Shown: positions 30,806-40,005, counted from the stretch's first letter. The stretch: 64,000 bases of DNA from an uncultured Paludibaculum sp. (GCF_963665245.2 NZ_CAXXEY010000003.1:1083895-1147894), one strand, 5' to 3'. Made by a program: numbers and translations. Notes: generated by a model not told the origin, from the sequence alone.

Positions 30806-31633
30806 ATGAGCCAACCTCCCATCCCATTGCTCGACCACCTGCTTGGGCAGCCCTCGGCTTTCACGCCCGAAGACCTGATCGCCGCGGTTCGAGCGGAGCG
30901 TGCCCTGCCAGACAAGCCGGTTCCACCGGTCTGTGTTCTCGATTTCGACGGCGATCTGACCGACTGGCTCGTGTCCGTGCGGGCGGTGCTGCCTTGCGCT
31001 GACTGGGGGTGCTTTCACACGAAGATGTACGTGCTCGATGTCGATGGCATGTCCTGCGGCATCATTCCCCGCACCATCGGGGGCCCATACGCCGTCCTGG
31101 TCGCCGAGCAACTGGCCTCCTCCGGCGCGCGAGTTGCTTTGGGATTAACGTCTGCCGGTCGGGTCAGCCGCTCGCTCCCGGTGCCCAGTTTGGTGATTGC
31201 GACTCAGGCCATACGTGATGAAGGCACGTCCTACCACTACTTGGCACCGCAGGACGAGGCCCTGTGCCGGCCGGACGTCACCGACGCCCTTCTGAGCGAA
31301 TTGAGCTCACTCGACCTGCCAGTGTCATCCGGTCTGGTGTGGACCACCGATGCGCCGTATCGGGAGACGCTGCAGCAACTGGAGCAGCACAGCGATGCTG
31401 GAGCTTTGGCCGTGGAGATGCAGGCCGCCTCGCTATTCGCCTTCGGCGCGGCGCGTCAATTCCCTGTCGGGGTGGTGGCACACGTCACGAACGCCGTCGG
31501 CCACACGGAAGAGCAGTTTGACAAGGGTGAGGCTCAACTGAGCTTCGAGATTCTTAAGTCCATTTGCCGGGCTGGCCGCCGTATGTTGACGGGCTTGGAA
31601 CGCGGCCGGAACATCGATTCACACACGGCGTGA
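30806..31633 (+). CDS. Nucleoside phosphorylase (PNP/UDP family)
   Basis: IGGPYAVLVAE, AIRDEGTSYHY, WTTDAPYRET, AVEMQAA; GGAG RBS. Confidence 0.88.
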   Translation: MSQPPIPLLDHLLGQPSAFTPEDLIAAVRAERALPDKPVPPVCVLDFDGDLTDWLVSVRAVLPCADWGCFHTKMYVLDVDGMSCGIIPRTIGGPYAVLVAEQLASSGARVALGLTSAGRVSRSLPVPSLVIATQAIRDEGTSYHYLAPQDEALCRPDVTDALLSELSSLDLPVSSGLVWTTDAPYRETLQQLEQHSDAGALAVEMQAASLFAFGAARQFPVGVVAHVTNAVGHTEEQFDKGEAQLSFEILKSICRAGRRMLTGLERGRNIDSHTA

Positions 31634-31754
31634 CGCCCCCTCCGGCGCCCCGAAGCCCCTCAGCCCTTTGCGGCAGCGCCTTCGTGTCTCGGTCGACGAG
31701 TTCACAACAGACCGGCCGCTTGCTCCCCCATCTCCGGCCAGGTCCACGTGGAAG

Positions 31755-32006
31755 CTACCGTGACTTTGCGACTCTCGCAAAATTCCGCTCAAAGAGCTCA
31801 CGCGCCCGCTGCACGCCCTCCGGACTCAAAACCACCGATTTCGCTTTGCTCTTCGGGTCCGAAATGTACCCTTTGGTGTGCAGTCGGTCTAGGGCATCCC
31901 AGTCGTGCGACTTCCACGTGCGGGCGCCCCATTCATTCTCTTCGCAAATGGTCAGGCACAACAACGCCAGCACCATCTCATCGACTTTGTCTTGATCGTA
32001 GTCCAT
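31755..32006 (-). CDS. Small DUF6429-like protein
   Basis: DKVDEMVLALL, WKSHDWDALDRLH.KGYISDPKSKAKSV. Confidence 0.8.
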   Translation of the reverse strand: MDYDQDKVDEMVLALLCLTICEENEWGARTWKSHDWDALDRLHTKGYISDPKSKAKSVVLSPEGVQRARELFERNFARVAKSR

Positions 32007-32290
32007 GCGTCACTCGCCTTCAGGCGCGATAATAACAAACCGGCGGGATGCCTTTGCCACGAACGCCGCTGTGATCCCACCGACCGGTTTGGTCCAAGGA
32101 AGTACCGTGTAACCCGCCGGGCTCTCAGCACGGAGGAAGTCGCCCCAGCCCGGCACGCTCTCGGTCTGGCCACCAACTATGAATCCCAGCCCCCTCAGCC
32201 AGTAAGGCGACCGCTCCGCCCCCACATGGATCGAGCGAAAGGTAGTGCACCGCGAAACTGATACACCGCATGGCCCGTGTCGGGTCATGA

Positions 32291-32710
32291 CTAGACAAGC
32301 AGGGCGGCCACTGCCGCCTCGGCCACGGCGATGTCCTGCTCAACAGTCCCTGCGCTGGCGCCCACGGCCCCAATAATTGCCCCATCGGAAAGGATGGGAA
32401 CGCCGCCGCCGAAGATGACCACCTTACCGGCATTGCTTTCCTGAATGCCATAGAGAGGTTGCCCCGGCTGGGCAAGCCCGGCCAGAACAGTAGTCGTCTT
32501 GTCGAAGATTCTCGCGGTCACCGCCTTGTTGATGGCGAGCTCGATGCTCCCGATGAGTGCACCGTCCTGGCGCAGGAACGCCACCAGGTGCCCGCCGGCA
32601 TCAACCACCGCGATATTGTAGGCGATCCCCAGGCTCGTGGCCTTTGCTTCCGCGGCAGACAGCATTCGCTTTGCATCGTCGAGCGTGACGGTGGTGTATA
32701 TCCGTGGCAT
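32291..32710 (-). CDS. GlcG/HbpS-family heme-binding protein
   Basis: IAVVDAGGHL, LAINKA.TA, FGGGVP, IGAVGASAG. Confidence 0.9.
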   Translation of the reverse strand: MPRIYTTVTLDDAKRMLSAAEAKATSLGIAYNIAVVDAGGHLVAFLRQDGALIGSIELAINKAVTARIFDKTTTVLAGLAQPGQPLYGIQESNAGKVVIFGGGVPILSDGAIIGAVGASAGTVEQDIAVAEAAVAALLV

Positions 32711-32772
32711 GCCATCCTCGATCCTTTGGACGCCCTGCTGCACCTCCAGGAAGATGCAGCCAAGGGAAGCCG

Positions 32773-34149
32773 TTAGTTTTTGAACACAATCATCTTTTCA
32801 GCGGTCATCTCCCGCATGGTGTACGGAATGCCGCCAATCCCATAACCGGATTCGCGCCTTCCGCGGAATGGCATCCAATCCGTTCGAAACGCGGTATGGT
32901 CGTTCACCAGCACGGTCGACGCATCGAGGCGCTCAGCCGCGTAGAAAGCCGTGCGCAGGTCTTCCGTGAAGATGCTCGATTGAAAAGCGACCGGCAGGGA
33001 ATTGGCAGCGGCTAGCGCCTCGTCGAGGTGCTGAAACGCGTACACACAGGTGATCGGCCCAAATGCCTCCAGAGTCGAAACCTTCGCATTCCGCGGCGGA
33101 TGGACGAGAATGCCCGGCATCAGGGTGGTCTCACTGTGCCGCCCTCCGCCCATGAGGCGAGCGCCTCCGGCGACGGCTTCGTCAGTCCAGGCGGCCACCC
33201 TGGTTACCTCGCTGGGATGGATGAGAGGGCCAACTTCGGTTTCCGGCAAGAGTGGATCGCCTACCTTCAGGGCCGAGACGCGCGCCGAGAAGCGCTTCAG
33301 GAACTCTTCTTCCAAGGCCTCGTGGACATAGATGCGCTGAACGGAAACGCAAACCTGACCCGCGTGATAATACCCGCCCTTGACCAGCGGTTCGATGACA
33401 CGGTCCAGATCGGCTTTGCGATCGACGATCACTGGCGCCACTCCGCCGTGCTCCAGCGCACAGCGAGCGCCGGGAGCCAGCTTGGAACGGAGCGACCAAC
33501 CAACCTTTGCCGAACCGATGAAGCTGAGGAAGGCGATGCGCGGATCGGTCACCAGTGCCTCACTCAAACCGCGCTTCTCCGGCAGGAACGTCTGCACCCA
33601 GCCTTCCGGCAGGCCCGCCTCAGTGAGCAGGCCAACAAGTTCGAAGCAGCACAGCGGGGTTGCCGTGGCTGGCTTGACGATCACCGGGCATCCCACCGCA
33701 ACCGCGGGGGCCACCTGGTGAACTATCAGGTTGAGCGGATGATTGAACGCGGAAACTGCGGCAACTACGCCGATCGGCTCATGAATCGTGAAGGCCCGCC
33801 GGCCGGCACTCGCGCGCGTCATCCCCATCGGGATCTCCGCGCCCGCCGACACCCGCAGCATGTCCGCTGCATTGCGAATGCCGTCAATGGCGCGATCCGT
33901 CTCGACCAACGCATCCGTGAGCGGCTTGCCCCCCTCCCGCGCGATCAGGTGTCCAAACGTCTCTCGCCGGCTCTCGACGAGATCGCCCAGTCTGTTCAGG
34001 ATCTCGATCTTCTCGTACTTCTCCAGCCAGTGAGTCCGGTCAGCCAGAAGCCGCGCCGCCGTTGTCAGTTTGCGCTCCAGTGCCGCCTCGTCGTCGCCGG
34101 GCAAACTGGTTATGGGCTGCCGGTCAAATGCTTGAACGACTTCAATCAT
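32773..34149 (-). CDS. Aldehyde dehydrogenase family
   Basis: AFNHPLN, FIGSAKVG, LEHGG, AGQVCVS, EAFGP; start re-set to ATG 34149. Confidence 0.93.
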   Translation of the reverse strand: MIEVVQAFDRQPITSLPGDDEAALERKLTTAARLLADRTHWLEKYEKIEILNRLGDLVESRRETFGHLIAREGGKPLTDALVETDRAIDGIRNAADMLRVSAGAEIPMGMTRASAGRRAFTIHEPIGVVAAVSAFNHPLNLIVHQVAPAVAVGCPVIVKPATATPLCCFELVGLLTEAGLPEGWVQTFLPEKRGLSEALVTDPRIAFLSFIGSAKVGWSLRSKLAPGARCALEHGGVAPVIVDRKADLDRVIEPLVKGGYYHAGQVCVSVQRIYVHEALEEEFLKRFSARVSALKVGDPLLPETEVGPLIHPSEVTRVAAWTDEAVAGGARLMGGGRHSETTLMPGILVHPPRNAKVSTLEAFGPITCVYAFQHLDEALAAANSLPVAFQSSIFTEDLRTAFYAAERLDASTVLVNDHTAFRTDWMPFRGRRESGYGIGGIPYTMREMTAEKMIVFKN

Positions 34150-34204
34150 AAGAGCCTCGTTTCTCGGAAAATTCGTCTTCGCCCTGCGGAGGTTGCAGGC
34201 CGGT

Positions 34205-34627
34205 CTACTCTGCCTCAAACAGATCCCGGGACTGATGGGGCTGGCAACGCAGGTACTGATGCGGAGCGCGAACGGTGGCGCCCAGGCTGACGGCGGCATG
34301 CCATGGCCAGTGCGGATCGTAAAGCACGCCCCGCGCCAGGGTAACCGTGTCGGCGTCCCCCGTCGACACGATGGACTCCGCTTGTTCAAACCCCGAAATC
34401 AGTCCGACCGCAACCATGGGAATCTTCACCGCAGCCTTCACGGCGCTCGATATCCCAGCCGCCCGGCACCCAGTCTGTACCCGACACCCGCATGGAGACC
34501 GGCCGTTCGGCCGGGAATGCCTCGCGGACCGCATCGCCGAGTACTGGCACATCGGAGCAATGACGATTCGGTTGCGGAACTCGAGTTCCCGGATACGAAG
34601 CGGTCGGAACAGCGCGATCTGGGCCAT
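34205..34627 (-). pseudogene. NADH:flavin oxidoreductase (old yellow enzyme) remnant with two internal deletions
   Basis: N-terminal NRIVIAPMCQYSA; middle DAVREAFPAERPVSMRVSGTDWVPGGWDIE in another frame; C-terminal ADTVTLARGVLYDPHWPWHAA. Confidence 0.85.
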
Positions 34628-34665
34628 GCTGCTTCCCTCGTGTCCTGCGGCTGGGCATCCGTGCC

Positions 34666-35106
34666 CTACGCGGCACTACTTCTACTGCGTCGAGCAGCCA
34701 ATGAGGACGCCAACGCCTTCAGTCCATCTTCGTAGATGCCCTGGAGAAGTTTCGACGCCTCGTCTTCGCTTACACCCTGGGGACTGAACTTCCCGCTCCA
34801 CTCCACGCGCGAGCCTTCGCCCTCGGTCGCTGCGTCAACGCGGATGGTGGACAGATAGCCGGTGACAGGAAAGGGGGACTGCAGAATCGAATAGGTGTAG
34901 CTGCGTGCTCGGTTGTCGAACGCCTCCAGTCGCTCCACAATGGTCTCGCCGGTCGGGTTGGCAAGACGGCGCACCCTGCCGCCCTCGCTCAACTCACTGT
35001 TGGGTATATACGGAAGCCAATCGGGCAACGAACCGAATCCGCCAATCAGGTGCCACACCTCATCGGGTGCATCGGGAAGTTGGATGCTAGCGTAGGCGTG
35101 CGCCAT
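34666..35106 (-). CDS. SRPBCC (START-like) family protein
   Basis: VWHLIGGFGSLPDWLP, IVERLEAFD..RSYTY. Confidence 0.88.
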   Translation of the reverse strand: MAHAYASIQLPDAPDEVWHLIGGFGSLPDWLPYIPNSELSEGGRVRRLANPTGETIVERLEAFDNRARSYTYSILQSPFPVTGYLSTIRVDAATEGEGSRVEWSGKFSPQGVSEDEASKLLQGIYEDGLKALASSLAARRSRSSAA

Positions 35107-36130
35107 GGGCCACTCCTTCTGTTCGGTCGATGGGCAGCGGAGCCTCGGGCGAAACCAGCCCGCGTTTTCGCAACTCGGTCCAGAAGTCATCGGGGATCTG
35201 GGCCTTCAGTGCGTCCTGATCCTCCTGAATCCGGCTCGGTTTGCTCGCGCCCGGAATGATCGCGGCGACCGCAGGATGGGCCAATGAGAACTGCAGCGCC
35301 GCAGCCTTCATCGGAACACCGTAACGCTCCGCGACGCCCTTGATCCTCTCCACCTTCGCGAGGACCTCGGGCGCCGCCGCCGCGTACTCGAAGTTCTTGC
35401 CGCCCGCGAGCACGCCGGAACTGTACGGTCCGCCGACCACGATATCGACTCCCTTGGCGGCGGCCGCCGGCATGAGGCGCTGCAACGCCCGCTCATGATC
35501 CAGCAAAGTGTACCGCCCGGCCAGAAGCGTGCCGTCCGCGTTGGTTTCCGAAAGCCCCAGCATCAATTCCACCGGTTCAATCCGATTCACGCCCAGGCCC
35601 CAGCCTTTGATGATGCCCTCCTCCCGCAGCCGCGTGAGCGCCACGAATGCCCCTTTGCGGGCGGCCTCAAAGCGGGCTAGCCATTCATCCCCATGGAAGT
35701 CTTGCGCAATATCGTGAACCCAGACAAAGTCGATCCGGTCGACGCCCAAACGCTTCAGGCTGTCGTCGATGGAACGACGCGCGCCGTCGGCCGAGTAGTC
35801 GTAGATCATCCTGTTCGGGCGTCCATGCTCAAACAGCCCGGTCTTCTCTCCGAAGTCGCGCTTCGTCTCCACCTCGTCCAGGATGATTCGCCCGACTTTT
35901 GTACTCAGCACATACTCATCGCGCTTTCGCCCGGATAACGCCGCGCCGAGCCGGCTCTCGGCCAGGCCCGCGCCGTAGAAGGGCGCAGTGTCGAAATACC
36001 GGACGCCCTGCTGCCAGGCCGCTTCGACCGTCGCCGCCGCCTCTTCATCCGGAATACTCCGGAACATGTTGCCCAGCGGAGCCGTACCAAACCCAAGCGG
36101 TCCCGCCAGGAGATGCTTTCTGATGTTCAT
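35087..36130 (-). CDS. Aldo/keto reductase
   Basis: LGFGTAPLGN, YFDTAPFYG, STKVGR, AALQF. Confidence 0.93.
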   Translation of the reverse strand: MNIRKHLLAGPLGFGTAPLGNMFRSIPDEEAAATVEAAWQQGVRYFDTAPFYGAGLAESRLGAALSGRKRDEYVLSTKVGRIILDEVETKRDFGEKTGLFEHGRPNRMIYDYSADGARRSIDDSLKRLGVDRIDFVWVHDIAQDFHGDEWLARFEAARKGAFVALTRLREEGIIKGWGLGVNRIEPVELMLGLSETNADGTLLAGRYTLLDHERALQRLMPAAAAKGVDIVVGGPYSSGVLAGGKNFEYAAAAPEVLAKVERIKGVAERYGVPMKAAALQFSLAHPAVAAIIPGASKPSRIQEDQDALKAQIPDDFWTELRKRGLVSPEAPLPIDRTEGVAHGARLR

Positions 36131-36174
36131 AGTTGCTCCATTTCCATGCGCGGTCTCCTTCGTGCGCCGTGAGG

Positions 36175-36315
36175 TTACTTGGCGGCTTCTCGAAGCACAC
36201 GCATCCTCGTCGTTCTCACTCCGCCGTCGGCCAGTGCTGGCAGTTTCTCGAACCAGGCCTTCACGTAAGGCATGTTGTTGTGGGCTTCGAAGTCCTCCTG
36301 ATTAGCCAACACCTC
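36175..36315 (-). pseudogene. 3' fragment of an ABM/quinol-monooxygenase-like gene
   Basis: Hand translation EVLANQEDFEAHNNMPYVKAWFEKLPALADGGVRTTRMRVLREAAK*, no start of its own. Confidence 0.6.
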
Positions 36316-36566
36316 TCCGCGTAGAACTCAAACGCCCTATTCATGTTCTGGACGGTAATTCCGAAATGCTGGACGCCCCGGATTCGGCACCCGAGGGACC
36401 TGCCTGCTCCTGAGCTGGTTCCCGCAGGAGCGCTCGCGGAGCCGGTCTGACTGGCAGTTTGCGCCACGCCTGCCGTGCCGGCCAGGACGATCGCGGCCAT
36501 GGATTGTACTGCCTGCCGGCGGTTTGGCGTCGCCGGCTTCTGCTTTTCATTGCAATTAGTCAGCAT
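36316..36566 (-). pseudogene. 5' fragment of a Tat-type VOC-family gene
   Basis: NRRQAV leader, then GVQHFGITVQNMNRAFEFYAE, after which similarity stops. Confidence 0.7.
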
Positions 36567-36653
36567 CAACAGGTCCCTCCTCAGTGGTTGAATCACGCCG
36601 GCTGTCTGGCCAGGCGGTGGCACGGTCTTCCCTTATATGGCGGCCGCACCGGA

Positions 36654-37769
36654 CTATCGAGCCACCACTCCTTGCTCGCTCCTGCGCTGAGCCGGATCCG
36701 CGGCCTTGTCGACATTGAAGACAACCACCGCGCGGCCAATGATGTCCCCGGCGCGCAGCATCTCCAGATGATCGTTGATGTCCTCGAACCGGACTTTCTG
36801 CCCCGAGGAATGGATCTTCCCCTGCTGGGCTAGAGCCAGCACCTCCTGCAGGTCGGTGTGGTTTGCCCAGTATGAGCCGAAGTAGGAGAACTCGCCCGAA
36901 ACCAGGGGGAACAGGGGAATCGCGATCTCCGTACCCACCAGACCCACCGATACGAATGCGCCTGCGGTGGCAAGCAGCCCGAATCCGGTCTGTATCGTCT
37001 CTTTGGCGCCTACACAGTCGATGACAGCATCCAGCTTGCGCTTGCCTGTCAGCCGCTGCAGCTCGGCCCGCAGATCATCCAGCGACTTGCCGCGGGTGTT
37101 GATGGCATAGTCCGCTCCATGCTGTTTCGCCAGCGCAAGCTTCTCTTCGTTTCGCGCGAAAACCACCACCGTGGCTCCGGACCCGAGCAGCTTCGCGTAC
37201 TGCACCGCATAGCTACCCAGCCCGCTTGCGCCAAAGACCGCGATGACTCGATCCGGTCCAAGGACACCAGCCGCGCGCAGCTTCTTGATGCCCCGGTAGG
37301 GGGTCACTCCGGCATCCGTCAGCGGCGCCAGTTCCTCCCACTTCAACTTGGCATCCACACGGATGAGGTGACGATAGGGCACGGCGACGAACTCGGCGTA
37401 CCCGCCGGGTGGCCCAAACCCCGGCCAGCCGCCGTGCTCACAAAGCTGTTCGTTACCGGCACGGCATTGTCTGCAGGTCCCATCGCCCCAGCCGGCGGCA
37501 ACCACCACGGCATCGCCGATGGCGAGCTGAGCCGTCTCAGGCACTCGCTCGCCAATGGTTTCGACCAACCCCGCGATCTCATGCCCCGGTGTAATGGGGA
37601 ATTTCAGATTGAGTGCACTGTGGAAATACCCGTCCACAAGTTGTACATCCGACCGGCACATCCCGGCGCCACCCACCCGCACCAGAACCTCGTCGGGCGA
37701 TATTTCTGGGATCTTCACCTCTTCCAGTACGAGCGGCTGTTGGTAGCCGTGCATTCTCGCTGCAAGCAT
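36654..37769 (-). CDS. Zn-dependent NAD(P) alcohol dehydrogenase
   Basis: GMCRSD, GHEIAG, DGTCRQC..GNEQLC, GASGLG. Confidence 0.93.
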   Translation of the reverse strand: MLAARMHGYQQPLVLEEVKIPEISPDEVLVRVGGAGMCRSDVQLVDGYFHSALNLKFPITPGHEIAGLVETIGERVPETAQLAIGDAVVVAAGWGDGTCRQCRAGNEQLCEHGGWPGFGPPGGYAEFVAVPYRHLIRVDAKLKWEELAPLTDAGVTPYRGIKKLRAAGVLGPDRVIAVFGASGLGSYAVQYAKLLGSGATVVVFARNEEKLALAKQHGADYAINTRGKSLDDLRAELQRLTGKRKLDAVIDCVGAKETIQTGFGLLATAGAFVSVGLVGTEIAIPLFPLVSGEFSYFGSYWANHTDLQEVLALAQQGKIHSSGQKVRFEDINDHLEMLRAGDIIGRAVVVFNVDKAADPAQRRSEQGVVAR

Positions 37770-37917
37770 TTTCCATCCCTCCGTGTCTCAAATTTGTTTC
37801 GCTCCAACTCTTCTCCAACAATGTCCGGGCAACAGTCTGCCCAGCGGTGTGCCCCTCGTGCCATTTCGGGACCACCATGTTTTCTCTCAACCGCAACGGC
37901 TCGCCCGCTCGGGAGCC

Positions 37918-38646
37918 CTACAGCGCGTCAAACAGCCGTACGCATCGCTCCGCCGCACTGCGCGCACTCTGCGGATTGACGCCGGTAACCACCCGGCCGC
38001 AAGTGATCGAGTAGTCGTCGAAGGCATTCATGGGCGACGAGTAGTAAGCGCCCACCTTCGTCACGGCTTCGACAATCGGCAGCACGCCATCGGCCCGCAG
38101 CTTGTCCAGGATGGCGAAGATCATTTCGCCCTCGATCGTGAAACCGGTCACCGTTTTGCCTTCGATGATCGATTTGCCCGTCTTCGAGTCGAGGATGCCC
38201 GGCATGATGGCTGGGCCATGGCACACGGCGGCCACCACGCCGCCTCGATCCCAGATATCCGCTGCGGCCACCTGCAGGCCCGTCGCGGTCGGATAGTCGT
38301 AGAGTGCCGCGTGCCCCGCTGACGCGAAGAACACGCCGTACTCCTCCTTCTTCACGTCGGACGCTTTCTTGAGCTGGGAATTCAGCTTCACCTGGAACGG
38401 ATGTTTGGGATTGTCATAGACCGCCTTGTCGCTCCCCGCCAGAAACGGCAGTTGCAGCGAGTTGTAGTCCAGGCCGCAGGTGCCGGTCTCGGAAGCCAGG
38501 TCCACTTCGAATCCTGCATCTGAGAGCACCTCGTAGGGGTGCAGGGCTTCGGTGTAGAAGAGACCCGTCTTGTGGCCTCCTGGATAAATCGCGCCATTGA
38601 AGCTGGAAATCGCAATCAGCGCTTTTCGAGTGAGTTTCTTGGGCAT
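37918..38646 (-). CDS. DJ-1/PfpI (Hsp31-like glyoxalase III type) protein
   Basis: TEALHP Glu, SAGHAA, AVCHGP nucleophile, VTGVNPQSA. Confidence 0.9.
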   Translation of the reverse strand: MPKKLTRKALIAISSFNGAIYPGGHKTGLFYTEALHPYEVLSDAGFEVDLASETGTCGLDYNSLQLPFLAGSDKAVYDNPKHPFQVKLNSQLKKASDVKKEEYGVFFASAGHAALYDYPTATGLQVAAADIWDRGGVVAAVCHGPAIMPGILDSKTGKSIIEGKTVTGFTIEGEMIFAILDKLRADGVLPIVEAVTKVGAYYSSPMNAFDDYSITCGRVVTGVNPQSARSAAERCVRLFDAL

Positions 38647-38835
38647 GTTCGTTCCCCTCGTTTCGGGATGGTAGGACTACTTCCGCTTTGCTGCGCCGGA
38701 AGGAACGTTCGTCGGTGAAAGACCTCCGGTCAACGGATGGCAACCTCAGGTCTTTGAAGAACGGCTCCTGCGGAACGTCCCCAGTGTGCTCTGTCCGTCT
38801 GTAATCTTTGAAGCCTCAATCGGGCTGCCGGGACG

Positions 38836-38870
38836 CCCCCATCGGGTGCCGGTCACCCACCCTATTGGGT
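38836..38870. promoter_or_regulatory. Paired (A/C)CCC-N4-GGGT sites 23 bp apart upstream of the carbonyl-stress operon
   Basis: CCCC-CATC-GGGT (38836-47) and ACCC-TATT-GGGT (38859-70). Confidence 0.4.
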
Positions 38871-39241
38871 CATTCAGAGTTGGAAAGCGAAATGCGCCGC
38901 CGTCCGAAGAGCCGCGCGTCGACTGACCAGGCGCCCGGACCCAGGACGGTCAGGCCTGCGCCAATTGCGGCTGCGAGGTAATGCGCCGCGGCGCCGTCAC
39001 TTGTTCTCATCGCAAGCGAGAACTCCAACAACGCAGTCACAGCGCCTGAAATTGGGGTCCATAGTCCGGCGAGTAGGAAGACTCCCGCGAACGCGGCGAC
39101 GGCCGGGAGCCAAGTGTCACCACTGGGGAAGGATGGGCTCGCAATACATCGCTCGAGCAGGAAGCAGGAGACCGCCAGTCGCAGCAGCAGCAGGCCGCGG
39201 CCGGGCCAGCCATTCGCGAAGTTGGAATAAAGACGCTGCAG
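38870..39241 (-). CDS. DoxX-like small membrane protein with CTG start (absent from ORF track)
   Basis: (M)QRLYSNFANGWPGRGLLLLRL...LGPGAWSVDARLFGRRRI, 123 aa; in-frame TAG three codons upstream of the CTG. Confidence 0.8.
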   Translation of the reverse strand: MQRLYSNFANGWPGRGLLLLRLAVSCFLLERCIASPSFPSGDTWLPAVAAFAGVFLLAGLWTPISGAVTALLEFSLAMRTSDGAAAHYLAAAIGAGLTVLGPGAWSVDARLFGRRRISLSNSE

Positions 39242-39325
39242 AAGCCTTGGCTAAGACGATAGCGGGTCGCCGCCGGCGGGCGGAAGCCTGAAAAGGGTGG
39301 CCGCCGAAGCCCCTTTCGAGTGAAA

Positions 39326-39988
39326 TCAGGGTACGAGGATGCCGCGCTTCACGGCGATCATCACGGCATGGGTGCGATCGTTGGCCTGCAGTTTCGCCAG
39401 AATGTTCTTCACGCGGCTCTTCACCGCCTCTTCCGTGATGGAAAGCCGGCCGGCGATCTCTTTATTCGCGTGCCCGTCCGCGATGAGATGCAGCACGTCC
39501 ACTTCCCGGTCGGTCAGCGTTTCGTCCGTCAAGTGATCCGCCAGCACCGCTGCCACATCGGGCGAGACGGTCCGGCGGCCCGCGTGGACGCTTCGGATCG
39601 TGTCGAGCAGGTCCTTGTGCAGCAGGTTCTTCAGCAGATAAGCCTGTGCTCCGGCCTTCAGTGCACGCCTCACCTGAACGTCGCCGGAGTAAGTCGTCAG
39701 CACGATAATGGCGGCCTCCGGAGCCTGCTCGCGAATCGCGATAATCGCATCGATCCCGTGCATGCCCGGCATTTGCAGATCCATCAGCGTGATATCCGGC
39801 CTGTGCTTGCGGAACTGCTCCACGCCCTCTGATCCGCTGCAGGCCTCCGCCACCAACTCCAGATCCTTCTTGCCGGCAACCAGCGCGGCAATGCCCTCGC
39901 GAATCAGCGGGTGGTCGTCCACAACCAGGATGCGAATCGGTTGCGGTGTAGGAATCGGGCTGGCTAATCGGCTCGCTGGCGAACTCAC
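39326..39988 (-). CDS. NarL/FixJ-family response regulator
   Basis: VVDDHP, LMDLQMP, LuxR HTH LTDREVDVL..NKEIA. Confidence 0.95.
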   Translation of the reverse strand: MSSPASRLASPIPTPQPIRILVVDDHPLIREGIAALVAGKKDLELVAEACSGSEGVEQFRKHRPDITLMDLQMPGMHGIDAIIAIREQAPEAAIIVLTTYSGDVQVRRALKAGAQAYLLKNLLHKDLLDTIRSVHAGRRTVSPDVAAVLADHLTDETLTDREVDVLHLIADGHANKEIAGRLSITEEAVKSRVKNILAKLQANDRTHAVMIAVKRGILVP

Positions 39989-40005
39989 GGATGCCCTCGT
40001 TGGTG

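Noticed and set aside
32010-32288. 92-aa ORF between GlcG and DUF6429 as a possible integrase fragment
   Set aside because: No recognisable recombinase motif in the frames I read
38718-38755. AAAGACCT-N22-AGGTCTTT hairpin upstream of DJ-1 as a riboswitch
   Set aside because: A single 8-bp stem with no known aptamer consensus
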